Shown: one piece after another, positions 42,765-52,802 of the stretch
How the letters are laid out: the number at the start of each line of letters is the position of its first letter
Numbering within the stretch: position 1 is the first letter of the stretch
IMG/VR virus record: IMGVR_UViG_3300005289_000016
Location: 62,001 to 126,000 of that record
Reading direction: 5' to 3' (one strand)
Length of the DNA: 64,000 nt
Made by a program: the position numbers and the translations under genes
The notes under the pieces: generated by a model
The model's input: the letters and a program-made list of their open reading frames with translations, nothing else
The model's database searches: none
What the model was told of the DNA's origin: nothing

Positions 42765-43946
42765 TTATACAGTCGTTGAGGCAGTGGACGATGGATCGCC
42801 AGCGAAGACCAACGAATCTGGATCACTGGTATCGGCAGGCAACGCAGTCAGGGTCGCATTGAAGTTACCCTTGGTCACGGTGGCGTACTCGGCTTTGTCC
42901 ATCCACCACTCCAGCTCGTTGTTAGCTGCAAGGTTGATGAAAGGGAAGCCTTTGTAGTTGAGCAGTTTACGCTCATCAGCCGTGATCTTGACCATGTTGC
43001 TCTGGCGTACACCATCACCCATGTCAGGGTTGAACATGACCACCAACTTGTTGAATTCCCACAAGGTGATTGGGTCGTTGTATTCGGCCACTGTACATTC
43101 AAACGTGGTCTGAATGGACTTCTGGCTTTCGTTGTACGGATTGTCCCGGGAGTAGTTGAACGCACTACCCATCGACAGACCTGCTGGGAACCCTGCCCCA
43201 CACGCTGCCCACTTCTGAATGTACCGACCAGACCAATCCATCACGAAACGATAGATGCGGGTGTTGTAGTCCATCTCGTTCTGCACGATGCTGTAACCAG
43301 CCGGCTGAATCTTGGTGCCGATGTAGACACCACCGATGTACAAAAGCCACGCAAACAGCGTCAATGATATAGGATCGCCTAAGGTATTTTCGAATGTGCA
43401 GTCCAGGGAGTAGCGCCCATTGATCTCTGCAATGGTGTCGTTCATCATCCAGGATTCTTTCGCCATCCCCTCCGATGTGCTGTATGCATGGAGGGTCAGG
43501 TCAGGCCACCCGGACATGTTTGTCAGGGCGTTGCTCAACAGCGGCATAAAGGCTTGACGGTTATCGAAGATGGTGTTGTCTTTCTTTATATCTGATTCGT
43601 AACTGTCCGGCCAGAGCATCCTTCGGATGATCCGGCTGTAGCTGCGAGGGTTATCGCTGGCCAAAACCGACAATTGCCGGTACGCCATGATGTTATCGTA
43701 TGACAGGTTCAAATTCGGACGTGAGAAAAACGTCAAGCCCTGCATGTCAGTGTTAGCTGGCACCGCAGAACCCTGCTGTGTACGGTTGAAACCTCCGAGC
43801 AAATCATGGAATCGGCCGCCAATGGCACCGGTGCCTTGTTCGCGGGTCAAACGGCGCATCAAGGCGTCATCGCTGTCGAAACCTCCGTGCTGGGCAATAG
43901 TGTCCAGCACTTGTTTCATCACCTTATAATCGCTCATTTCTGGCAC
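42765..43946 (-). CDS. Virion structural protein (phiKZ gp88-like)
   Basis: GLTFFSRPNLNL motif; co-transcribed with the gp87-like gene. Start may be ATG 43937. Confidence 0.6.
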   Translation of the reverse strand: MPEMSDYKVMKQVLDTIAQHGGFDSDDALMRRLTREQGTGAIGGRFHDLLGGFNRTQQGSAVPANTDMQGLTFFSRPNLNLSYDNIMAYRQLSVLASDNPRSYSRIIRRMLWPDSYESDIKKDNTIFDNRQAFMPLLSNALTNMSGWPDLTLHAYSTSEGMAKESWMMNDTIAEINGRYSLDCTFENTLGDPISLTLFAWLLYIGGVYIGTKIQPAGYSIVQNEMDYNTRIYRFVMDWSGRYIQKWAACGAGFPAGLSMGSAFNYSRDNPYNESQKSIQTTFECTVAEYNDPITLWEFNKLVVMFNPDMGDGVRQSNMVKITADERKLLNYKGFPFINLAANNELEWWMDKAEYATVTKGNFNATLTALPADTSDPDSLVFAGDPSSTASTTV

Positions 43947-43959
43947 GCCTTAAAGGGAA

Positions 43960-45360
43960 ATGTTCATGGACAAAAAACTCACGTCGTACCAAGTCTCGCA
44001 AGAGTTCCTTGGTACGGGACTTCTGGTCACCGCCGGTATCGGCCTTCTTGCCAAGTACACCCCTCAGGTCGTCGCTGCTCTCACCAACAAAATCGGCGAG
44101 AAAGCAGCAGGCAAAGTCATCGAAAGTGCGAAGACTGTGCTGGCCGGTAGCAAGGAAGGCGACTTGGTTCGCTTCACACAATCTGCGCGTGTTGAGCCCA
44201 TCTTGCTGATGGACAAGCGTGCTGTGAACATCCCGTTCATTCAAGACGTGGTTCACACGGCGTACAACATGTTCACTGGTTACTGGCTTCTGGCCGTCTC
44301 TCTCGACACCAAGATCAACGGTGTGTCGGTAGGTCGTCGCCTGGACAAGTTCGCCACTGACCGTGACTTGGCTGATGCCACGCTCACCATGCTGACTGAA
44401 TCGCCTTCCATGGAATCCTTCGCCGCCTCGATGGCTGACTTCGGTCTGCCGTTCATCGACGAGATTCTGGCTGAGCAACATCAAGTCGCTATGGAATCGG
44501 TCAGCAACGGCGACATGTCCGCTGCCAACGTCGTAGCCGACATCCTCGAAGACGACCCTGTCAAAGCTGGCGCTGAAGCTTCGAAGTACGGTCAGAAGAA
44601 AGCCGAAGCCGCTGATGCTGCCTCTGCTGCTGATGCCAAGCGTAAAGCTGAAGAAGCTGAACGCAATGCCAAGATGAAGAACGGCACCGGTGTTACCAAC
44701 GCTGCCAAGTACGTCGAGAAAGTCAACAACCTCGCTGTGGGTAACGTTATCGACGTGACCATCAGTGAAGACGGCAAAGACGCTGTGGTTCCTGTGACCA
44801 TCCGTCTGCGTGTGGCTTCCATGCCTTCTGACGTCATGACTCAGACGCTGGCCGTTGGCGGTACCGACGTGACCATGCGTAGCCGCTGGAGAGCCTGGCG
44901 TGCTGGCGAGATCGGCTTCTGGTCCGACTTCGTGCTTCAGATGGACCGTGTGGATGCTCACCGTGCCGCGATGATGAAAGACGAGACTGGCTACTACAAG
45001 ACCGTCTATGCTCGCGCTGCCAAGAACTCCGCTGCCTCGGCCATGGCCGGTGGTCCTTCGCTGGGCACTGCTTCGGCAATCCTGGTAATGGACGTCAAGA
45101 CTGCTACCGACCTCGAGCGTCGGATCGGCGGTCAGCTCAGCAACTTCAAGACCCGTCAGGGCATCTTCGGTCACACCTACTCGATGCTGATGATCGTGGT
45201 GGACCCGGATTGGGAATCGGTCACCATCTACACCCGCGGTATCGAAATGCCGTCCAAGCTGAGCAAGAACGACATCAAGTCGTCGGGCAAGTCTGACAGC
45301 AAAGAGCTGATGGACATCCTGAAATCTTACCAGCTCGGCAAAGCACCAGGCCGTATCTGA
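43960..45360 (+). CDS. Inner-body/head protein (phiKZ gp89-like)
   Basis: SME/AME processing sites; strongly biased codons; synteny. Confidence 0.65.
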   Translation: MFMDKKLTSYQVSQEFLGTGLLVTAGIGLLAKYTPQVVAALTNKIGEKAAGKVIESAKTVLAGSKEGDLVRFTQSARVEPILLMDKRAVNIPFIQDVVHTAYNMFTGYWLLAVSLDTKINGVSVGRRLDKFATDRDLADATLTMLTESPSMESFAASMADFGLPFIDEILAEQHQVAMESVSNGDMSAANVVADILEDDPVKAGAEASKYGQKKAEAADAASAADAKRKAEEAERNAKMKNGTGVTNAAKYVEKVNNLAVGNVIDVTISEDGKDAVVPVTIRLRVASMPSDVMTQTLAVGGTDVTMRSRWRAWRAGEIGFWSDFVLQMDRVDAHRAAMMKDETGYYKTVYARAAKNSAASAMAGGPSLGTASAILVMDVKTATDLERRIGGQLSNFKTRQGIFGHTYSMLMIVVDPDWESVTIYTRGIEMPSKLSKNDIKSSGKSDSKELMDILKSYQLGKAPGRI

Positions 45361-45388
45361 TCCCCCATCCGTTTAAAGGAAGATAGCA

Positions 45389-46276
45389 ATGCGTATCCTT
45401 GATTTCCTGCGCCGTATGGCGTCGTCCTTCACCAAGGATGAACTGAAAGAGAAGCTGAGAATCCTTTCTCAAGCTTTGCAAAAGTCGCTCGAGACGTTCA
45501 TGAACGCCGAAGGCACACTGAACTCGTTCAAGTCCAAGGCCGGTAAGCAGTTCGAAACCGACTTGGGCAAGACCGTGCGTCTGCCCCCACGCATGACCGC
45601 CATCGGCTTCGTCCGTCAAGTCCTGACGAATATGTCGGTGACGCTGGAACTGCTCTCCTCGATCGCTGAGAAGAGCTACGGCAAGGACATCGTCGTGGAA
45701 GGTATCACCTACCGCCGGGCTGAGCTGCTGCGCACTATCGGGTACATGGACTTCGTGGTCTCGTATTCGATGCAGTTGCTGCATTACCTGCTGGTCGCTG
45801 AAGCCTGCGTCGTTTCGAAAGAGCACTCTGAAGGTGCTGAGCGTCCTCGTCCTGAACTGGCGTGGCTCAAGGCCAACCAACTGGCGTTCTTCACGCTGCT
45901 GGTGACCTTCTCGAAGCCTAGTCGTGAAATCGCCTCGCTGATCGAATCCATCCCGGACATCGTGATCGGCGAAGACGACGACAAGATCATCGCCCCTCAA
46001 GTGGGCATCCTGAAGCTCGACCCGCTGAAGAACAACTTCATCCCGGGCGTCTCCAGTGTAGCGCTGGCCATCGGTATCTGGTGGTCGACGTTGCAGGTGG
46101 CCAAGTACGAACGTCTGAAAGAAGACGCGCGTTCTATCCAGCTGCGCCTGGAGCAGCTTCGCCTTCAGAACGAAGGCAAGAACGATGCTCAACTGGAGCG
46201 GACCATCTCGAAGTATGAGGACTACCTCAACGCTACTTCCGAGAAGATCATGAAGATGGAGGCGAAGAACGCATGA
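45389..46276 (+). CDS. Head protein (phiKZ gp90-like)
   Basis: 295 aa with a C-terminal coiled coil; synteny. Confidence 0.6.
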   Translation: MRILDFLRRMASSFTKDELKEKLRILSQALQKSLETFMNAEGTLNSFKSKAGKQFETDLGKTVRLPPRMTAIGFVRQVLTNMSVTLELLSSIAEKSYGKDIVVEGITYRRAELLRTIGYMDFVVSYSMQLLHYLLVAEACVVSKEHSEGAERPRPELAWLKANQLAFFTLLVTFSKPSREIASLIESIPDIVIGEDDDKIIAPQVGILKLDPLKNNFIPGVSSVALAIGIWWSTLQVAKYERLKEDARSIQLRLEQLRLQNEGKNDAQLERTISKYEDYLNATSEKIMKMEAKNA

Positions 46277-46800
46277 GCCTGACCACTCATCGCGGCTTCA
46301 TCATGAGCACCGACGGTCGGCATGGTTACGTTGATCTCCCTGTGATCGATACGATCTATCATCATATGGAGACCAACAACCACTTTGCCGACGACTGGTC
46401 GTACGTGCAAGATGTGTTGAAAGCTGCCAAGCAAATCCTGTTCGACCGCAATGGCCAGTTCTTGCTGGCCAAGCAGTTGAACACCCCGTGCTCCCATTGG
46501 GTGTTCAACTTCACTGTGTCGACACTGGCGTTCCTTTCTGGTCAGCCCCGCAAGCTCTCTCTGGAGAACTACCGGGACCTGCTGATCTTCCATCCTGAAG
46601 ATTTGGTTTCGGTCGACTCCAAGCGTGTGGTCCGTGAACAAGATCTGGGCTGGGTGTTCGGCGCTGATGCGAGCACGATCCTTTCCCGTTGGCTGTCTCA
46701 AGAAGACGGCCTCACCGATCTGGTCATGTCGTTGAACCTGATCGGCGGTAGCCTGCCGAAAGGTTGGTACCATCAGACCGAGGCACGTCCTCCAAGCTGA
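46273..46800 (+). CDS. Conserved hypothetical protein (phiKZ gp91-like)
   Basis: Overlaps the upstream gene; synteny. Confidence 0.6.
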   Translation: MSLTTHRGFIMSTDGRHGYVDLPVIDTIYHHMETNNHFADDWSYVQDVLKAAKQILFDRNGQFLLAKQLNTPCSHWVFNFTVSTLAFLSGQPRKLSLENYRDLLIFHPEDLVSVDSKRVVREQDLGWVFGADASTILSRWLSQEDGLTDLVMSLNLIGGSLPKGWYHQTEARPPS

Positions 46801-46935
46801 TGGTTGCAGTTCACTTCGGGGCGGCTAGACCGCCTCGTTGTCAAAAAACACCGTATGGTGTGCAGAGATGCGGAACTGTCCTAGGCTCCGTCTGCGTCTC
46901 ATTCCTTCTGTTTGCAAACACGGAGTTTTATACTC

Positions 46936-48240
46936 ATGCGTAACTCGATTCTGCACAGTGCTCTGAACGTCTCCATGGAAGGCATTGACCCGAATGCCAG
47001 CCAAGAAATCAACCCGGTAACCGAAGAAACCATCGTCCAAGTGGACGAGGTTCTGGAAGAAGCCCGTGGTGATTCCGCAGTCGTTGACCAGCACGACGAA
47101 GCTGTTGAAGAACTGTCGCAAGCTGCCGACTCCATGGAAAGCCTGATCGCTTCCCTGGAAAGCGCCATCGCCGACGGCGGCATGAGCCCTCAGTCCGCTG
47201 ACATCCACGGCCGCGCTCTGGCAATCGCCACCCGTCGCCTGCCGATCGATGCTGCTGAATTCACCGTTTCCACCGAATCCTTCGGCGGTACCGGCGACAA
47301 GCTGCAAGCCTCGATGGAAGCTCTGGAAGGCGCCAAAGCCCTTCTGAGCAAAATCTGGGAAGCGATCAAGAACGCCGTTCAAGGCGCCTGGGCCGCTGTG
47401 AAGAACTTCTTCGCCACCATGGGCAAATCCGGTCCTGCCGTAGTTGCTGCTGGTCAGTCCCTGAAGCAACGCGCTGCTGCTGCCAAAGGCCAAAACCCTT
47501 CGGCTGGCAAGATCAACCTGGGCTCGGCTCTGAACTTCGTCGTCGTTGACGGCAAGCTCGCTCCTGCTCAAGCCCTGGCCGCCATCAACCATGGCTACGA
47601 CGTGGGCGTGAAGACCTACACCAACAAGATCCTGGCCGCGCTGAACCCGCTGTACCAGTCGATCCAGAAAGGTGAAGTTCATCCTGACCGTCTGAAGCAA
47701 GTTGCTGCCTCGATCAACGTCGAAGCCTGCCTGACCGAAGACATGAAGGGCAAGCTGCCTGGCGGCTACTTCTTCGACCTGACCGTCAGCGACAAAGAAG
47801 GCCTGGACGGCTTGGCCGATGCCAGCCTGAAACTGTCGCAAGACAAAGGCGCCAAAGTGGCTGCTGCTGAAGGCGACATCCCTACCGTTGACGAAATCAG
47901 CAAACTGGCTGACCAGATCGTCAACATGGGCAAGCTGATCATCTCGTCCAAGGCCGTTGCTGGCATGGCCGAAAAAGGTATCAACGACGCGGTCAAAGCT
48001 GGTAACAGCCTGGTCTCGAAAGGCGATACCCTGGACAAAGCAGAAGCTGGTTCCGCCAAAGCCGTTCTGGCCAAGCTGAACAAAGCCGCTCGCCTGACCA
48101 CTGGTTGCTCGCACCAGTATCTGTCCTTCATGGGCAGCGCTGCCAAAGCCTCCGCATCGTTCGGCGCCAAGGTGCTGTCGATGTACGGCAAAGCAGCCAA
48201 GAAAGCTGACGCCGCTGCGGCCGCTGCTCCGGCAGCCTAA
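46936..48240 (+). CDS. Abundant internal head protein, Ala-rich (phiKZ gp93-family-like)
   Basis: GGAG RBS; multiple SME/SLE/STE sites; LLSKIWEAIKNA; very strong codon bias. Confidence 0.75.
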   Translation: MRNSILHSALNVSMEGIDPNASQEINPVTEETIVQVDEVLEEARGDSAVVDQHDEAVEELSQAADSMESLIASLESAIADGGMSPQSADIHGRALAIATRRLPIDAAEFTVSTESFGGTGDKLQASMEALEGAKALLSKIWEAIKNAVQGAWAAVKNFFATMGKSGPAVVAAGQSLKQRAAAAKGQNPSAGKINLGSALNFVVVDGKLAPAQALAAINHGYDVGVKTYTNKILAALNPLYQSIQKGEVHPDRLKQVAASINVEACLTEDMKGKLPGGYFFDLTVSDKEGLDGLADASLKLSQDKGAKVAAAEGDIPTVDEISKLADQIVNMGKLIISSKAVAGMAEKGINDAVKAGNSLVSKGDTLDKAEAGSAKAVLAKLNKAARLTTGCSHQYLSFMGSAAKASASFGAKVLSMYGKAAKKADAAAAAAPAA

Positions 48241-48257
48241 GTAGCACTCGGCTTTAG

Positions 48258-48294
48258 AGATGTCCACCTGGCTTCGGCTGGGTGGACATCTTTT
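48258..48294 (+). terminator. Rho-independent terminator
   Basis: AGATGTCCACCTGGC-TTCG-GCTGGGTGGACATCT-TTT. Confidence 0.85.
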
Positions 48295-48355
48295 ATTCCG
48301 TTTGAACGAATTCTATGGTGAATTATCCTCCTCCATCCTTTAAAGAGCATTTGTC

Positions 48356-49624
48356 ATGTCTGATGAAGAACTGCCAGCAATGGCGGGCAACGAGAGTGAG
48401 GGGTTCGTAGACGTCCTTGAAGCCGAGCGTGATCTGGTCCAAGGAAAGGCTCAACTCGAATCACTGCTCAATGCCACCGACGCAATGGAGTCCTTGATCC
48501 ATCATCTTGGTCACCATGATGTTGTTACTCCGGGCCACAAGGCCGCCATTACTGTTAGCTTCGAGAACCTCATCGGTAACGTTGGCCTCACGGTCGCTGA
48601 CATTATTCCCGAGTTGGAAGGCCATGAGAATGGTCAGGTCTCCACCGAATCCCTGAAGGATCGTCTGAAGGAATTGTGGAAGCGGTTGGTCTCTGTGATC
48701 CTGTCCATCCTGAAGTCCCTGAGAGGCTTCTGGGGCAAGATCTCGACTTACCGTGGCCGTCTGCGCATCTCGGCTCAACAACTCGCTAAGCACGCTGCTG
48801 TAAGGCGTTACGCCACAGTCCGTACACCGAACATTGACTTGGGGCTGGAGATCAAATCGCTGATCACTGGTAACTCGGTCATGCAAGATCCCGACGCCAT
48901 CATTCGGTCGATCAGTGCTGCACTGGAACAGTACCGGATCTTCACTGATGCTTACGGTCCCGGCATGCTGGAGATCGGTAAGCAGTTCGAGCGTATGCTG
49001 ACTGAGGGCAGTACTGGCAACAGCAAGTTGAACGAGGTGTCCAACCTGTTCTCCCAGATGCCAGTGGATCAGATCGCATCCAAGATGAAGGCCATGGTGT
49101 ACCGTGACCCTCGCTTCGGTCGTCGTCTGACCCTGACCGCTCCTCCGATCATCGGTGGTTGGTCTCTGTTCTTCCTGACGCTGGAGCCTGAACAGCGAGG
49201 TCTGGGTGCAACTAATCCATTGGCCTTCGCTCAAGCAGTTCGTACCACTGGCGTGAAGTTCGCCATGACCAACGTCAACACCAGCAGCATCACCTCAGGC
49301 ATGGTCAAGGCTGCCAGCGGGATGCAGGTCGAGATCTTGGCCAAACGGGTCATTGAGATCCTGGACGTCATAGAGGCTCAGGAGCGGGCGATCGGCTTCA
49401 GTCGTGTCGAGGCCCAGATCAAGAACGTCTTGCGTGCTGGCGAGCGTTACCAAGCCTCTGCATCGTCGTATGGCGACAGTGCAGGCGCTGACGAAAGTGT
49501 ACTTCGGTTTGTACGCAACTATTCCGGTTGGGCCATTGGTCCGGTGGATCAAATGACCACCAACTTGCTCACCGTTTCCCGTAACCTGCTGACCTATGGT
49601 CGCAAGTCTCTGACTGCTCAATAA
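48356..49624 (+). CDS. Internal head protein paralog
   Basis: AMES/SFEN/VSTES sites, LKELWKRLVSV. Confidence 0.7.
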   Translation: MSDEELPAMAGNESEGFVDVLEAERDLVQGKAQLESLLNATDAMESLIHHLGHHDVVTPGHKAAITVSFENLIGNVGLTVADIIPELEGHENGQVSTESLKDRLKELWKRLVSVILSILKSLRGFWGKISTYRGRLRISAQQLAKHAAVRRYATVRTPNIDLGLEIKSLITGNSVMQDPDAIIRSISAALEQYRIFTDAYGPGMLEIGKQFERMLTEGSTGNSKLNEVSNLFSQMPVDQIASKMKAMVYRDPRFGRRLTLTAPPIIGGWSLFFLTLEPEQRGLGATNPLAFAQAVRTTGVKFAMTNVNTSSITSGMVKAASGMQVEILAKRVIEILDVIEAQERAIGFSRVEAQIKNVLRAGERYQASASSYGDSAGADESVLRFVRNYSGWAIGPVDQMTTNLLTVSRNLLTYGRKSLTAQ

Positions 49625-49633
49625 GGTAAAGTC

Positions 49634-51058
49634 ATGAAAGCCAGCTTGGAATCCCTGCTTGCCGATTCGCTGAATGGTGTCACTCAGCCTGTCGCCACCA
49701 ACACCGATGACCAAGGTCCTGTTGAAGGCCTGTCGCTCATCACCTCCGAACAGATCTCGGCTGATGTGGTCGAGCACATGAAGGACGATCGTTACAAGGA
49801 CCCGGAGTTCCTCTCCGAGACCTGCCGTGACTTCCTCGAGCAGAACGAACTGGAACACGCTGAATTGCGCAGTTCGATCAATGAGATCCGTGACGCGGTC
49901 GGCGGCACCATGGCTTCCATGGAAATGCTTGCCACCCTCGCTTCGATGGAAAGCATTGACTCGACGGCACTGACCACTGCCAATGGCGCGATCAGCAGCA
50001 TCAACTCGCAGTACGGCATCGGCGCTGACGTCCCGGTGCTGGTCTCCGAGAACAACGTCCTCACCACGGCCTCGATGGAAGGTCTGGTGGACTGGGTCAA
50101 GAAAGGCCTGCTCGCGATCAAGAAGTGGATCGTCGAGAAGTTCCAGAACATGGCGATCAACCAGCGTCGTTCGGTCATCAGTCGCGAATCCCTGTTGGCT
50201 CGTGCTGAAGCCGTGCGTAAGCGTATGGAATCGCTGGGTGATGACTACGGCATCCCGGCCAAGCAAATGCGCTACAACCCGAAAGCAGTGTTCTCCTGCT
50301 ATCGTGAAGGTGCATTCATTCCGTTCGAAGCGGCTGCCATGTCTGCTGCGGTGAAAGAAGCTTCCGAGATGATGGTCTTCGCCAACGAGACCCTCTACAA
50401 GGACGCTATCACTCGTTCTGACGCGATTGGTGACGTCATTGCTGACGTACTGGTGGCTCGTGACGAAATCGCCGCTGAAGAAAAGATGCGCGGTATCTTC
50501 AAGCAGGCTACTCAGCCGATGCCAATCGACACCTACATGGCTCAGCACAACGTGCGTGAACGTGAGATCGTCGGTGGTATCACCTTCATGGACCCAGCAC
50601 GCCAGTACCGTTCCAACTACCGCGATGCGGAATGGATCATGGAACTGGTGCGCATGGTCGACATGAACCAGGCGATGCTGAAGTACCGTCAAGTGGGTTC
50701 CGTACCGAACAACGTCAATGACCTGCCAGTGCTGGCAGACATCCTGAACGCTGTCGGCGACATCCTCGACAACCCAGCCATGTCCGACATGACGTTCTAC
50801 AACGAACTGGGTCAGGCATGGGGTCAGGCCAACAAGGTCTACGGTCGTCTGTATCAGATGGTCGTGTCGATGGACTTCCCGCACATGAACAACGAGCTGT
50901 GGCGTGCTCTGGACGTAGGCTGCACCGCCATGTTCATGTTCCTGGACAAAGCCTACTACCACACGCACATCCTGCGCTCGCCGATGTACCGCTACGCGGA
51001 TGGCCTGCTCTACGTGCTGGAAGAGCAGCTGAAAGCCTACGTGGCTGTCAACCGCTGA
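49634..51058 (+). CDS. Internal head protein paralog
   Basis: SLE/SME sites, GLVDWVKKGLLAIKKW. Confidence 0.7.
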   Translation: MKASLESLLADSLNGVTQPVATNTDDQGPVEGLSLITSEQISADVVEHMKDDRYKDPEFLSETCRDFLEQNELEHAELRSSINEIRDAVGGTMASMEMLATLASMESIDSTALTTANGAISSINSQYGIGADVPVLVSENNVLTTASMEGLVDWVKKGLLAIKKWIVEKFQNMAINQRRSVISRESLLARAEAVRKRMESLGDDYGIPAKQMRYNPKAVFSCYREGAFIPFEAAAMSAAVKEASEMMVFANETLYKDAITRSDAIGDVIADVLVARDEIAAEEKMRGIFKQATQPMPIDTYMAQHNVREREIVGGITFMDPARQYRSNYRDAEWIMELVRMVDMNQAMLKYRQVGSVPNNVNDLPVLADILNAVGDILDNPAMSDMTFYNELGQAWGQANKVYGRLYQMVVSMDFPHMNNELWRALDVGCTAMFMFLDKAYYHTHILRSPMYRYADGLLYVLEEQLKAYVAVNR

Positions 51059-51064
51059 CATCCG

Positions 51065-51086
51065 GGGGAGGGCTTCGGCTCTCCCC
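51065..51086 (+). terminator. Hairpin followed by TATGCCG
   Basis: GGGGAGGGC-TTCG-GCTCTCCCC, TATG at 51088. Confidence 0.7.
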
Positions 51087-51140
51087 TTATGCCGAATCGA
51101 CTGATTTTATGACAAAGATCATCCACCCGGGGGAGCCCCC

Positions 51141-52802
51141 ATGCCTAACCTACTTATCCCGTTACCAAACACCTACGATACCGTCACACGCCGTGTGGCC
51201 AAGTCGGTGATCGATAACGTCGTGCGCATCTCTCGAATCCCCGACACTCGTATTGAGATCAGGGGTGACTCGGGTGTTGCAGCACAACCCGGTACTGAAC
51301 TGGGTGACACCAAACTCATCAACCGTTGGCAACATGACGGGCGTGTGATTGTCTCTCTGCGTGAAACTTACGTGGACTCCGAGGTGATCAACAGCGAAGT
51401 CCGTCACCCGTACGCCCAGCCTATTTTTGCTGACCCAGAAATTGGCGTGCACATCAAGCCCATCTATAGCAACACCGAGATGGAGCTGAACTTCACCTAC
51501 CGTGCCAAATCTAAACAGGAAGCGGCGGTGTGGCGTGACGACATCAAGGTGCGTATGGCGGACAACCGTCAATCCCACCTGCACCAAGCCGAGTACTTCT
51601 TTGCAGTGCCTGACTTCTGTGCAGCGTTGTTGCTCCACATGCACGAGTTGCGTGAGAACGTAGCTGGCTACGGTGAAGAGCTGGGTCCCTACCTGCGTCG
51701 GTATTACACCAAGCGGGCCAAGGTACTGACCAACCAAGCCGGTAATGAGAACGTTACTCTGTTGGTCATCGGTGAAACGCAGATCGGTATCCAAGGCTGG
51801 TTTGATTTCGACCTGCCGGTGGAAGAAGAGAAGCAGGAAGACGGCCCAAGCTACCTCGTGCAGTTCAACTACAAGTTCAGTTACCTGAAACCGGTTGAGT
51901 TGAACATCGTCTACCCGCAGATCGTTCACAACCAACTCATCAAGCCTGACTTCCTCGTCGTCAAAGCGAAGACCGAAGACCCGATGCAGTTGCCGAGCTA
52001 CAAGAGTGACTACCGGTTTGCATTGGATCACTTCGACTACCTCGCCCGTATTCCGAAGAAGCCTATCGGCGGGATCATGATCCCTGACTTCGATGAGTGG
52101 ATTCCGAAATCGGTCATGCCGTACACCACATCGTTCATCAACTGGATGACGGTGATCGAACCGGCTGACTTGACCTTGGTCCTGTCGGAGAAGGACATCC
52201 TCGATGTGGGCTTCTTGCCAGAGTTCATCGAATGGATGCAGCGTCAAGGCAACAAGATGGCGACACTGGGCCGTAGCCCGATCCATTTCAGCCTGTTCCG
52301 CGGTGACGAGTTCATCGATGACGGTGACATGGAAGTGACGGTCACGGACAAAGCGTTCGAGATCCGTTGCAAGACGCCTGCTAACCTGCGCCAGACTTAC
52401 CATGTCCGCATGGGCTTCTGCACTGAGCTGGCCAAGTATACCGAAGACGCTTTGATGGGCATGCACGAAGAGGGTTACAACACCCTGCGCCTGTTCCAGA
52501 CTGTCGTGAACCGTCTGGATGTGGAAGATGCTCAGCTCAACCACATGACCGAAGATGGCAAACTCAGCATCTCGTACATCAAGCGCTTCTTTGGCTTCCT
52601 GCAAGACCAACGCATCGGTTCTGAGAACGTCGGACCGGGTCCTTCGGGCAGCAACAACAACGATCGTCACCCTAGCGAGAGCTGGTATGACAATGATGAC
52701 AACTTCGGCTTCCGTCTGGACATCCCGTACGTGATGTACTTGACGGTCATTGCTGGTAACCGTAACAGGGTGAATGAAGATGCCAGTTCCAGTAATTCCT
52801 AA
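51141..52802 (+). CDS. Virion structural protein (phiKZ gp98 region)
   Basis: GGGGAG RBS; 553 aa; synteny. Confidence 0.6.
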   Translation: MPNLLIPLPNTYDTVTRRVAKSVIDNVVRISRIPDTRIEIRGDSGVAAQPGTELGDTKLINRWQHDGRVIVSLRETYVDSEVINSEVRHPYAQPIFADPEIGVHIKPIYSNTEMELNFTYRAKSKQEAAVWRDDIKVRMADNRQSHLHQAEYFFAVPDFCAALLLHMHELRENVAGYGEELGPYLRRYYTKRAKVLTNQAGNENVTLLVIGETQIGIQGWFDFDLPVEEEKQEDGPSYLVQFNYKFSYLKPVELNIVYPQIVHNQLIKPDFLVVKAKTEDPMQLPSYKSDYRFALDHFDYLARIPKKPIGGIMIPDFDEWIPKSVMPYTTSFINWMTVIEPADLTLVLSEKDILDVGFLPEFIEWMQRQGNKMATLGRSPIHFSLFRGDEFIDDGDMEVTVTDKAFEIRCKTPANLRQTYHVRMGFCTELAKYTEDALMGMHEEGYNTLRLFQTVVNRLDVEDAQLNHMTEDGKLSISYIKRFFGFLQDQRIGSENVGPGPSGSNNNDRHPSESWYDNDDNFGFRLDIPYVMYLTVIAGNRNRVNEDASSSNS

